NCBI RefSeq assembly: GCF_000186885.1
Contig: NC_014972.1
Coordinates: 870,001 to 902,000 of the forward strand
Length of the DNA stretch: 32,000 nucleotides
Origin: Desulfobulbus propionicus DSM 2032
Lineage (GTDB): Bacteria; Desulfobacterota; Desulfobulbia; Desulfobulbales; Desulfobulbaceae
Direction: 5' to 3'
Part shown: one piece after another, positions 21,254-29,034 of the stretch
Layout: each line of letters starts with the position of its first letter
Numbering within the stretch: the stretch's first letter is position 1
Notes under the pieces: generated by a model
The model's database searches: none
Told to the model about the DNA's origin: nothing
What the model saw: the letters and a program-made list of their open reading frames with translations, nothing else
Position numbers and translations under genes: made by a program

Positions 21254-22045
21254 GTGACAAAAAGTTATACCGAAAATGCGATTATCATTAAAAATTCTGA
21301 TGAAATAGCAATTATGCATAAAGCAAACCAGATAGTTGCTGGCGTGCTTTCCTTACTGGAATCTAATATCACCGAAGGTATAACAACTTTTGAGCTTGAT
21401 AAATTGGCTGAAGAATATTGCTATGATCACCATGCAAAACCTGCTTTTAAAGGTTACAAAGGTTTTCCCGCAAGTCTCTGTGCATCAGTCAATGAAGAGG
21501 TAGTACACGGAATACCATCAAAGAAAAAACTTCTTCGATCAGGGGATATTGTATCTTTAGATTTTGGTGTGTTATATCAAGGATTTTATGGTGACTCAGC
21601 AATAACTGTAACTGTGGGTAACGTCTCACCAACAGTTGAACGTCTTCTTGAAGTAACTAGAAACGCTCTTTTAAGAGGTATTGAGCAGGCTCGAGTTGGT
21701 AATAGAGTTTCGGATATTTCACGTGCAGTTCAGAATTATGCTGAGTCATACGGGTTTTCTGTAGTACGTCAATTTGTTGGTCATGGCATTGGGGCGAATT
21801 TGCATGAGCCTCCTGAAATTCCCAACTATGTTCAAAGACAAGCTTCGCCTCGGCTTGTCGAAGGTATGGTGTTGGCAATTGAGCCTATGATCAACATGGG
21901 CGGAGAAAAGGTAAAAGTTCTTAATGATCAATGGACAGTTGTAACTGCTGACAGGAAGCCCTCAGCCCACTTCGAACATTCCGTCGCGGTACTTTCATCA
22001 GGACCTCTGGTTCTCAGCGAACGGTTACCCCATATAGCCTATTAA
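21254..22045 (+). CDS. map: Type I methionine aminopeptidase
   Basis: 263-aa ORF with a GTG start after AGGAG. It has metal-ligand regions (DIVSLDFG, GDSAIT, FVGHGIG, LAIEPM, EHSV). Confidence 0.96.
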   Translation: MTKSYTENAIIIKNSDEIAIMHKANQIVAGVLSLLESNITEGITTFELDKLAEEYCYDHHAKPAFKGYKGFPASLCASVNEEVVHGIPSKKKLLRSGDIVSLDFGVLYQGFYGDSAITVTVGNVSPTVERLLEVTRNALLRGIEQARVGNRVSDISRAVQNYAESYGFSVVRQFVGHGIGANLHEPPEIPNYVQRQASPRLVEGMVLAIEPMINMGGEKVKVLNDQWTVVTADRKPSAHFEHSVAVLSSGPLVLSERLPHIAY

Positions 22046-22087
22046 TCCCCATGAGTTTGATATTATCGCTATATAGGGCAAAATTTC

Positions 22088-22116
22088 TTGAAAAATTTAT
22101 TTTTATTCGATATAAG
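22088..22116 (+). promoter_or_regulatory. Candidate promoter for infA-rpmJ-rpsM... (TTGAAA, 17 nt, TATAAG)
   Basis: The -35 TTGAAA is at 22088-22093, the spacer is 17 nt, and the -10 TATAAG is at 22111-22116. It lies in the AT-rich 110-nt map-infA spacer. Confidence 0.5.
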
Positions 22117-22155
22117 TTTAAATTTTAGCTCTATCATTTAGGGGTGGATTTCTTT

Positions 22156-22392
22156 ATGGCGAAAGAAGAAGCCATTGAAGTAGAAGGTACCATTATCGAA
22201 CCATTACCGAATGCTATGTTTCAGGTAGAACTTGATAATGGTCACAAAGTGCTTGCGCATATTTCCGGGAAAATGCGTATGCACTACATTAAGATTCTTC
22301 CTGGTGATCGCGTAACCGTTGAGCTATCCCCTTATGATTTAACAAGGGGGCGGGTTACCTTTCGCGCCAAGGGCGGGAAAGGGAAAAAATAA
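22156..22392 (+). CDS. infA: Translation initiation factor IF-1
   Basis: The translation is [41 protein letters not shown], an S1-like IF-1. The GTG at 22144 in the ORF track was rejected. Confidence 0.96.
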   Translation: MAKEEAIEVEGTIIEPLPNAMFQVELDNGHKVLAHISGKMRMHYIKILPGDRVTVELSPYDLTRGRVTFRAKGGKGKK

Positions 22393-22413
22393 TTAAATTG
22401 TCGTAGGTGCACC

Positions 22414-22527
22414 ATGAAAGTACGTTCATCTGTTAAAAAAATATGCAGTGAATGCAAGATTTTAAAGCGAAAAGGTGTTGTTCGGGTTGCTTGTGCAAAT
22501 AAGAAACACAAGCAGCGTCAAGGATAA
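22414..22527 (+). CDS. rpmJ: 50S ribosomal protein L36 (Cys3-His zinc form); not in the supplied ORF track
   Basis: Hand translation gives [37 protein letters not shown], 37 aa, with a TAA stop at 22525-22527. It sits at the canonical position between infA and rpsM. Confidence 0.95.
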   Translation: MKVRSSVKKICSECKILKRKGVVRVACANKKHKQRQG

Positions 22528-22572
22528 TGTCACTTTAAAAATTTAGCAGGATTCTGACCAAGGAGTACAGAT

Positions 22573-22941
22573 TTGGCACGAATAGCTGGTGTGGATTTGC
22601 CACGCAACAAACATATGGACCGCGCTTTAACCTACATTTACGGAATCGGGTTAACTTCTGCTCGTCAAATTCTTGATAAGGCGGATTTGCCTTACCAGAT
22701 GAATAGCGATGATTTGAGTGCTGATGATGTAAACCGTATTCGAACCATAATTGAAAATAGTTATGTGGTCGAGGGGGATCGTCGGCGCGAGGTGTCTATG
22801 GATATCAAGCGTCTGATGGATCTTGGTTGCTACCGTGGGCGCCGGCATCGGAGAAGTCTGCCTGTTCGAGGGCAAAGGACAAAAACGAATGCGCGTACGC
22901 GTAAAGGGCCTCGACGGGGTGCTGCGGTACGGAAAAAATAA
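22573..22941 (+). CDS. rpsM: 30S ribosomal protein S13
   Basis: 122-aa ORF with a TTG start 7 nt after AAGGAG. It starts [13 protein letters not shown] and contains GCYRGRRHR. Confidence 0.97.
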   Translation: MARIAGVDLPRNKHMDRALTYIYGIGLTSARQILDKADLPYQMNSDDLSADDVNRIRTIIENSYVVEGDRRREVSMDIKRLMDLGCYRGRRHRRSLPVRGQRTKTNARTRKGPRRGAAVRKK

Positions 22942-22990
22942 TTCTACTCTTCTGGAATCACTTTAGAAAGAGGAGTAATTAGGAGTCATT

Positions 22991-23389
22991 ATGGCAAAAG
23001 CGGGCAAGGTTGCGGCGAAGGTAAAGAAAAAAGATAAAAAAAATGTCACAGAGGGTATTATTTTTATTTATTCAACCTTTAACAACACAGTGGTGACGAT
23101 TTCCGATCGTCAGGGCAATGCACTGTCTTGGTCGAGTGCTGGAGTGCTTGGTTTTAAGGGGTCGAGGAAATCCACACCCTTTGCGGCCCAGAATGCATTG
23201 AATGATGCGGTGTTGAAAGCCAAAGAGCATGGCTTGCGTAAAGTGGAGGTCAGGGTCAAAGGCCCCGGTCCGGGTCGAGAGGCAGCATTACGAGCGCTGA
23301 CAACGGTTGATCTTGATGTGAGCCGTATTGTTGATGTCACCCCTCTTCCTCATAACGGCTGCAAGCCGCCCAAGCGACGCAGGGTTTAA
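22991..23389 (+). CDS. rpsK: 30S ribosomal protein S11
   Basis: 132-aa ORF containing [22 protein letters not shown] and ending [13 protein letters not shown]. Confidence 0.98.
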   Translation: MAKAGKVAAKVKKKDKKNVTEGIIFIYSTFNNTVVTISDRQGNALSWSSAGVLGFKGSRKSTPFAAQNALNDAVLKAKEHGLRKVEVRVKGPGPGREAALRALTTVDLDVSRIVDVTPLPHNGCKPPKRRRV

Positions 23390-23449
23390 CCTGATCTCTA
23401 ATTTAAACTAAATGTCATGACTTTATCGGTCATTCATTGGAGGTAAAAG

Positions 23450-24079
23450 TTGGCTAGATATACTGGTGCATCCTGCAGATTGTGCAGACGCGAAAACCTT
23501 AAAATGTTCCTCAAGGGAGATCGTTGTTATTCCGACAAATGCGCTTTCGAGCGCAGGTCCTTTGCTCCTGGTCAACACGGACAAAATCGTTTCCGTAAAG
23601 TTTCGGATTACGCTGTTCAGTTGCGTGAAAAGCAAAAGGTTAAGCAGATGTACGGCATGCTTGAAGCCCAATTTCGGCGCTATTTTGAGCGCGCTGAGCG
23701 GGCAAAGGGCGTTACTGGTGAAACGTTGCTTATTATGTTGGAAAGACGTTTGGATAATGTCCTTTATCGTAGCGGATTCGCCAGTTCACGAGATCAGGCT
23801 CGCCAGATGGTTCGCCATAACCTTTTCACCCTCAATGGAAAAAAAGTCAATATTCCTTCGCATCAAGTTAATGCTGGTGACATCATAGCGTTAAAAGAAA
23901 AATACCAGAAAAGTGAACAGGTCATTGACAACCTCGAAGGGGCTGTTCGCCGAGGTCTGCCAAGTTGGCTTGAGCTTGACCAAGCTAAGTTTCATTGTGC
24001 CGTCAAAGCGTTGCCTAACCGTGAAGAAATAACGATGCCCATACAGGAACAACTTATTGTTGAGTTGTATTCCAAATAA
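23450..24079 (+). CDS. rpsD: 30S ribosomal protein S4 (N-terminal Cys4 form)
   Basis: 209-aa ORF with a TTG start 5 nt after GGAGGT. It starts [31 protein letters not shown] and continues with an S4 RNA-binding domain. Confidence 0.97.
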   Translation: MARYTGASCRLCRRENLKMFLKGDRCYSDKCAFERRSFAPGQHGQNRFRKVSDYAVQLREKQKVKQMYGMLEAQFRRYFERAERAKGVTGETLLIMLERRLDNVLYRSGFASSRDQARQMVRHNLFTLNGKKVNIPSHQVNAGDIIALKEKYQKSEQVIDNLEGAVRRGLPSWLELDQAKFHCAVKALPNREEITMPIQEQLIVELYSK

Positions 24080-24100
24080 ATTTTTATCGTTAGGTATTGC

Positions 24101-25141
24101 ATGGCACAAGAAATTTTGGACGATAATCCTTTTTACAAGAATTGGCATAGCCTTATTAGTCCGGAAAAGTTAGAGGTTGATGAGGGGACACTCACCAGCC
24201 GATATGGAAAATTCGTTTGCCAACCTCTTGAGCGCGGTTTTGCCACTACTATCGGCAATTCGCTGCGCCGCATCATGCTTTCGTCCATCCGAGGGGCAGC
24301 GATCACTTCCGTCCGAATTGGGAATGCGTTGCACGAGTTCACCACTATCGACGGTGTGCATGAAGATGTTGCTGAAATCATATTGAATCTTAAACAGGTT
24401 CGATTGAAACTACATGGGCCAGAATCTCGGACCGTTGTCCTTGAAAAGAATGGTCCGGGTAGAGTGTTGGCTGGCGATATCAATGGCGGAGCTTATGTCG
24501 AAGTTATGAATCCTGAACTTGTTATTTGTACAGTGACAAGTGAGACCAATTTTCGTGCTGAGCTCGAAGTGCACTGGGGTAAGGGGTATGTACCGGCAGA
24601 GCAAAATAAAAAAGAAGGGCAATCTATAGGAGTTATTCCTATTGACGCTGCGTTCTCACCCATCATTCGGGTTCAATATGTTGTTAGCCAAGCCCGTGTA
24701 GGTCAGCAGACTGATTATGACCGCTTGACAATGGAAATCGAAACCGATGGAAGTGTTGAGCCGCAAAGTGCACTTGCCTATGCTGCCAAAATCTTGAAAG
24801 AGCAAATGACAATTTTTATCAATTTTAACGAAGAAATTGCCAAAGCACCTGATAGTTTGGATAGCGACGAAGACGGCAAAGCCTATCCACCGTTTCTTGA
24901 TAAAAATGTTGAAGATCTCGAACTGTCAGTTCGTTCTGCTAACTGTCTCAAAAATGCTCAAATTCAATATATCGGTCAGTTAGTCAACAAGACAGACGCT
25001 GAAATGTTGAAGACCAAAAATTTTGGGCGTAAATCTCTCAACGAAATAAAGGCGTTGCTTGCTGAGCATAATTTGACTCTCGGTATGAAATACGAGGGGT
25101 GGGTGGCTCCAGAAAAGCGCGAAGAAAAACTTGAGGAATGA
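24101..25141 (+). CDS. rpoA: DNA-directed RNA polymerase subunit alpha
   Basis: 346-aa ORF containing ERGFATTIGNSLRRIMLSS and a C-terminal domain with ELSVRSANCLKNAQIQYIGQL. Confidence 0.98.
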   Translation: MAQEILDDNPFYKNWHSLISPEKLEVDEGTLTSRYGKFVCQPLERGFATTIGNSLRRIMLSSIRGAAITSVRIGNALHEFTTIDGVHEDVAEIILNLKQVRLKLHGPESRTVVLEKNGPGRVLAGDINGGAYVEVMNPELVICTVTSETNFRAELEVHWGKGYVPAEQNKKEGQSIGVIPIDAAFSPIIRVQYVVSQARVGQQTDYDRLTMEIETDGSVEPQSALAYAAKILKEQMTIFINFNEEIAKAPDSLDSDEDGKAYPPFLDKNVEDLELSVRSANCLKNAQIQYIGQLVNKTDAEMLKTKNFGRKSLNEIKALLAEHNLTLGMKYEGWVAPEKREEKLEE

Positions 25142-25192
25142 TTCTTCACCGCGAACCAATATTTTATATTGTAACGAAGAAAGGGTAATAGC

Positions 25193-25588
25193 ATGAGACA
25201 TAGAAAAGCAGGACGAAAATTAGGCCGCACGGCATCGCATCGTGATGCTATGTTGCGCAATATGGTCACATCGCTCCTTGAACAGGAACGAATCGTAACA
25301 ACAGTGACCAAAGCCAAAGAAGCACGACGAGTAACCGAACAGATGATTACACTGGGCAAGCGTGGGGACTTGCACGCACGTCGCCAGGCTTTAGCTTTTA
25401 TTCGTTCAAAAAGTATTGTTGCGAAATTATTTGATCAGCTGAGCAATCAATATGCTGAGCGTCAAGGTGGGTATACTCGAATTATTCGAACAGGGACACG
25501 GCTCGGTGACGCTGCGCCAATGGCCATTCTGGAACTTGTCGACTATCAAGATCTGGCGAACAACGCAACCGCCGAGCAAGAGCAATAG
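25193..25588 (+). CDS. rplQ: 50S ribosomal protein L17
   Basis: 131-aa ORF starting [24 protein letters not shown]. Confidence 0.98.
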   Translation: MRHRKAGRKLGRTASHRDAMLRNMVTSLLEQERIVTTVTKAKEARRVTEQMITLGKRGDLHARRQALAFIRSKSIVAKLFDQLSNQYAERQGGYTRIIRTGTRLGDAAPMAILELVDYQDLANNATAEQEQ

Positions 25589-25611
25589 TAATTTTGTTTT
25601 TGATGTTAAGT

Positions 25612-25650
25612 AAAGAGCTGGTGTGAGTAATCATACCAGCTCTTTTTTTT
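25612..25650 (+). terminator. Rho-independent terminator of the alpha cluster
   Basis: AAAGAGCTGGT (25612-25622) pairs with ACCAGCTCTTT (25635-25645). The stem can be extended by GTGA/TCAT (one G-U) to a GTAA loop, and it runs into a T tract ending at 25650. Confidence 0.85.
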
Positions 25651-25665
25651 CATTTGTACTGAGTA

Positions 25666-26430
25666 ATGGATATTGAAAATCATCTTCTGCCCGGGCGAAC
25701 AACCATAGAAAACGGTAGATTTCAATTTCACTGTCATTCACGGGTGAGTTGTTATCTTCATTGTTGCCATAACGTTGATATGTTGCTTTTCCCGTATGAT
25801 ATTATTTTATTAAAAGAATATCTGGCTATCAACTCTACCGAATTTATTGAACGTTTTACTTCTATTACTGCAGGAAGCCATCCTTTTTTTCCTAGTCTCA
25901 AGCTAAAAATGCGCGAAAATGTTGAACGGTCTTGCCCTTTCTTAGGAGAACAGGGATGTTCCGTTTATGTCAACCGCCCTTCTGCCTGCCGCACATATCC
26001 TCTTGAGCGTGGTGTCGAAAATCCAGGAAAAGGAAAGTCTCTTAAGGCTCATTATTTTTTGACGCATCACCCGTATTGCAAGGGGCACCTCGAGTCACGA
26101 AGTTACACAATTTCACAGTGGGAACGCGATCAAAATTTGTATGACTGCAACATGTATAACGATTTATGGGCCGAGCTCGATGCCTTTTTTGCCACCAATC
26201 CTTGGGCCGGCGAAGGAAAGGCGGGTCCGTATCAGCGGCTAGCCTTTATGGTGTGTTATGATATTGACAGATTTCGTTCGTACGTCGAAACTCACCAATT
26301 ATTGAATGGTTTTCATTTGCGTAAAGATGAGGTTAAGCGAATTAATAAAAATGATGGTGCCCTGCTCCAGTTTGGCTTTCGCTGGCTTGAATTTATCTTG
26401 GGAGGGCGGAAGTTACTGGTCAAAAAATAG
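25666..26430 (+). CDS. YkgJ/UPF0153-family cysteine-cluster protein (putative Zn- or Fe-S-binding, CxxCxxCC-type domain); function unknown
   Basis: 254-aa ORF with an N-terminal cluster HCHSRVSCYLHCC and the family-typical CPFLGEQGCSVYVNRPSACRTYP. There is no competing ORF on either strand. The SD is weak (GAG) and the ATG lies 15 nt after the terminator T tract. Confidence 0.75.
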   Translation: MDIENHLLPGRTTIENGRFQFHCHSRVSCYLHCCHNVDMLLFPYDIILLKEYLAINSTEFIERFTSITAGSHPFFPSLKLKMRENVERSCPFLGEQGCSVYVNRPSACRTYPLERGVENPGKGKSLKAHYFLTHHPYCKGHLESRSYTISQWERDQNLYDCNMYNDLWAELDAFFATNPWAGEGKAGPYQRLAFMVCYDIDRFRSYVETHQLLNGFHLRKDEVKRINKNDGALLQFGFRWLEFILGGRKLLVKK

Positions 26431-26474
26431 CGTGTTCATTGTGGTGAGCCTTTACCCTTGAGAAGAGGGTAGAC

Positions 26475-26503
26475 TTGAAAATCTTATTGAGTAATGCTAA
26501 AAT
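26475..26503 (+). promoter_or_regulatory. Candidate rpsB promoter (TTGAAA, 17 nt, TAAAAT)
   Basis: The -35 TTGAAA is at 26475-26480, the spacer is 17 nt, and the -10 TAAAAT is at 26498-26503. It predicts a leader of about 130 nt before rpsB. Confidence 0.55.
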
Positions 26504-26575
26504 AAAAAATTTTATTTACGGAGCCATGCAGCTACGCGTGGCCCCAATTACGCACATCCCGTCTCAACCATTGGT

Positions 26576-26596
26576 GTTTCATATCGCGTATGAAAT
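26576..26596 (+). other. Hairpin in the putative rpsB leader
   Basis: TTTCATA (26577-26583) pairs with TATGAAA (26589-26595) around the loop TCGCG, with a flanking G-U pair. Confidence 0.3.
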
Positions 26597-26640
26597 CGGT
26601 TCGAGGGATGGAGGACATAACCAAAAAGAGGAGAATGTAC

Positions 26641-27417
26641 ATGGCAGCAGTTACTATGCGGCAAATGCTTGAAGCCGGTCTTCATTTCGGCCATCAGACA
26701 AGACGGTGGAATCCCAAGATGAAGCCTTATATCTACGGTCCCCGGAACGGCATTTATATTGTTAATCTCGACATCACCATGAAGCTTTTCAAGAAGGCAT
26801 ATGGTGCCATGGTCGAGGCGGTGACCAATGGAGGGTCTGTGCTTTTTGTATGCACCAAGCGTCAAGGGCAAGCAATTATCAAAGAAGAGGCTGAGCGATG
26901 TGGCATGTACTATATCAATCATCGCTGGCTTGGCGGTATGTTGACCAACTTTCAAACCATTAAGCACTCGGTTGATCGGTTGAAAAAGATTGAATCGATG
27001 CAAGCCGATGGAACCATCAACCGCTTTCCCAAGAAAGAGGTTCTGCAGATGGAAAAGGAACGGGTCAAGCTTGATCGCAATATCGGTGGGATAAAAAATA
27101 TGCGAACCTTGCCCGATGTTTTATTTGTCATCGATCCCAAGAAGGAAGATATCGCCGTTGGTGAGGCCGTTAAACTTGGTATACCTGTGATTGCGTTGAC
27201 TGATACCAACTGCGATCCAGACGGTATTAATTATGTCATTCCCGGTAATGACGATGCTATCCGGGCAATTAAATTGATTTCTTCCATGATGGCTGAAGCT
27301 ATCATGGAAGGGAAATCGCGGCGCGGTGAAGAAGCTGAAGCCAACCTCAATGAGCTCGAAGCTTCCATGAGTGCGGGAGTGGAAGAAGAACTCGCCGAAA
27401 AAATGGAAGAAGAATAA
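26641..27417 (+). CDS. rpsB: 30S ribosomal protein S2
   Basis: The translation starts [27 protein letters not shown]. The ATG at 26641 lies 7 nt after AGAGGAG. The ORF-track start at 26590 was rejected. Confidence 0.97.
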   Translation: MAAVTMRQMLEAGLHFGHQTRRWNPKMKPYIYGPRNGIYIVNLDITMKLFKKAYGAMVEAVTNGGSVLFVCTKRQGQAIIKEEAERCGMYYINHRWLGGMLTNFQTIKHSVDRLKKIESMQADGTINRFPKKEVLQMEKERVKLDRNIGGIKNMRTLPDVLFVIDPKKEDIAVGEAVKLGIPVIALTDTNCDPDGINYVIPGNDDAIRAIKLISSMMAEAIMEGKSRRGEEAEANLNELEASMSAGVEEELAEKMEEE

Positions 27418-27456
27418 GTTTCGGGTCTGCGGATAATTCAGCGGCCTTCCTGACCT

Positions 27457-27493
27457 AGACCGACATGGCAGTCCAAGGCTGTTGTGTCGGTCT
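27457..27493 (+). other. Stem-loop in the rpsB-tsf spacer (possible attenuator)
   Basis: AGACCGACA (27457-27465) pairs with TGTCGGTCT (27485-27493) for 9 bp around a 19-nt loop, followed only by TTT. Confidence 0.35.
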
Positions 27494-27523
27494 TTCCGTG
27501 TATTGCCTCATATTAGTTGATTT

Positions 27524-27541
27524 GCAGGGTTGCGACCCTGC
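27524..27541 (+). other. Tight hairpin 10 nt upstream of the tsf SD
   Basis: GCAGGGT (27524-27530), loop TGCG, ACCCTGC (27535-27541), giving 7 bp with a tetraloop. There is no U tract. Confidence 0.4.
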
Positions 27542-27563
27542 GATACGATAAGGAGTGTGTAAC

Positions 27564-28154
27564 GTGACTATTACAAGCCAGATGGTAAAAGAACTTCGTG
27601 ATAAAACCAACGCCGGTATGATGGACTGCAAGAAAGCTCTGACGGAAACCGGCGGAGATATGGAAAAAGCAGTCGATTTGTTGCGGCAGAAAGGCTTGGC
27701 CGTGGCGGCCAAACGCGCTGGTCGTGAAACCAAGGAAGGGGTTGTTGAGTGCTATATCCATGCTGGCGGCAAACTCGGTGTTATGGTTGAAGTTGGCTGT
27801 GAAACCGATTTTGTCGCAAAGACCGATGATTTCAAAGCGTTCGCCAAGAACATAGCCATGCATATTGCGGCGGCCAATCCCGTGTCGGTCACCCGTGAAG
27901 ATGTCCCACCGGAAATTTTGCAGCGTGAAAAGGATATCTATGTCAACCAAGCCCTGGAATCCGGCAAGCCGCAACAGATTGTTGAAAAGATGGTTGGTGG
28001 CAAGATTGAGAAATATTTGGCCGAGGTTTGTCTCATGGAGCAGAAATATGTTAAAAATCCCGATCTCAGCGTTCAGGATCTGCTGAACGAACTGGTTGCT
28101 AAAATGGGTGAAAATATCTCTATCAAGAAATTTGCCCGATTCCAGATTGGTTGA
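27564..28154 (+). CDS. tsf: Elongation factor Ts (short, about 196-aa form)
   Basis: The GTG at 27564 lies 8 nt after AGGAG. The N-terminus is ITSQMVKELRDKTNAGMMDCKKAL. The GTG at 27555 overlaps the SD and was rejected. Confidence 0.95.
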   Translation: MTITSQMVKELRDKTNAGMMDCKKALTETGGDMEKAVDLLRQKGLAVAAKRAGRETKEGVVECYIHAGGKLGVMVEVGCETDFVAKTDDFKAFAKNIAMHIAAANPVSVTREDVPPEILQREKDIYVNQALESGKPQQIVEKMVGGKIEKYLAEVCLMEQKYVKNPDLSVQDLLNELVAKMGENISIKKFARFQIG

Positions 28155-28186
28155 TAGCTTCCTCCGGTCTCTAGGGTTGATTCAAT

Positions 28187-28218
28187 GGGATATCTCGATA
28201 TCCCCATGATTGGGGATA
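28187..28218 (+). other. Two overlapping, mutually exclusive hairpins upstream of pyrH
   Basis: Hairpin A is GGGATAT (28187-28193) with ATATCCC (28198-28204). Hairpin B is TATCCCCA (28199-28206) with TGGGGATA (28211-28218). Both use the ATCCC segment. Confidence 0.4.
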
Positions 28219-28237
28219 AGTCGTGGAGGACGGCGGA

Positions 28238-28945
28238 ATGAAGTTCAAGCGCGTATTGTTGAAGATCAGCGGTGAAGCCTTAATGGGAGATAAACCTTAT
28301 GGCATCAGCACCGAGGTCATTAAATTCGTGTCGCAGGAAATCCAGGCATTGCACAATCTCAAAATTGAACTCGCCCTAGTGATCGGTGCCGGCAATATTT
28401 TTCGGGGGGTGGCTGGCGCGGCCAGTGGTATGGATCGAAGTTCCGCGGACAACATGGGCATGTTGGGCACGGTGATGAATTCCTTGGCTGTTCAGGATGG
28501 CTTGGAAAATCTCGACATCCCAACGAAGGTCATGTCGGCCATCACCATGCTGAATGTTTGCGAGACGTATGAACGGTTGAAGGCCCTTGACTATCTCGAA
28601 AACAAGCAAGTGGTGATTTTTGCCGCTGGTACCGGCAACCCCTATTTCACCACCGATACCGCTGCGGTGCTCCGGGCTCTTGAGATCAAGGCGGATGTAA
28701 TCATGAAGGCGACCCGGGTCGATGGGGTGTACGATCGCGATCCGGAAAAAGATCCCAACGCGGTGCGGTACCATACCCTTACGTTTTCAACGGTTTTACG
28801 CGACGACCTGCGGATCATGGACGCTGCGGGAATTTCCCTTGCCCGAGACAATAACCTGCCCATTTTTGTCTTTGACATGACCAAACCAGGAAACATTGTC
28901 AAAGCGGTGATGGGCGAAGATGTTGGGACGCTGATTACCAATTAG
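28238..28945 (+). CDS. pyrH: UMP kinase
   Basis: The translation starts MKFKRVLLKISGEAL and contains GAGNIFRG. The ATG lies 7 nt after GGAGGA. It sits between tsf and frr. Confidence 0.96.
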   Translation: MKFKRVLLKISGEALMGDKPYGISTEVIKFVSQEIQALHNLKIELALVIGAGNIFRGVAGAASGMDRSSADNMGMLGTVMNSLAVQDGLENLDIPTKVMSAITMLNVCETYERLKALDYLENKQVVIFAAGTGNPYFTTDTAAVLRALEIKADVIMKATRVDGVYDRDPEKDPNAVRYHTLTFSTVLRDDLRIMDAAGISLARDNNLPIFVFDMTKPGNIVKAVMGEDVGTLITN

Positions 28946-29034
28946 CGCCGGCCTCTGATGGGTATTTCTTTCCGGAAAGAGATTGTTTTAACTTTTCATG
29001 TCAACAGCAACCGCATGATGCTGACGAGGAAGAT

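Noticed and set aside
23466-23888. 140-aa alternative-frame + strand ORF within rpsD
   Set aside because: It is an overlapping frame of a conserved S4 gene. The translation has no recognisable features.
26451-26473. Hairpin TACCCT/AGGGTA after the YkgJ-like gene, considered as a possible terminator
   Set aside because: The stem is only 6 Watson-Crick pairs plus wobbles, and no U tract follows; it runs straight into the rpsB -35. This is too weak to call a terminator.
6184-26640. N-terminally extended ORF-track starts for rpsL (6184), rpsG (6611), rplC (10914), rplD (11473), rplV (13688), rpsQ (15432), rplE (16452), rpsE (18759), rpmD (19279), infA (22144), rpsB (26590), tsf (27555) and pyrH (28223)
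   Set aside because: The extensions overlap upstream genes or SD sequences and add residues absent from canonical N-termini. Internal starts with proper SD spacing were preferred. rpsQ and rpsE remain somewhat ambiguous.
26475-26672. 65-aa + strand ORF in the rpsB leader
   Set aside because: Its TTG start is the -35 hexamer of the candidate rpsB promoter. It has no SD and runs out of frame into rpsB. I consider it non-coding leader sequence.
26548-27003. 151-aa minus-strand ORF overlapping the rpsB 5' half
   Set aside because: It is antisense to a conserved S2 coding region, with no signals or motifs.
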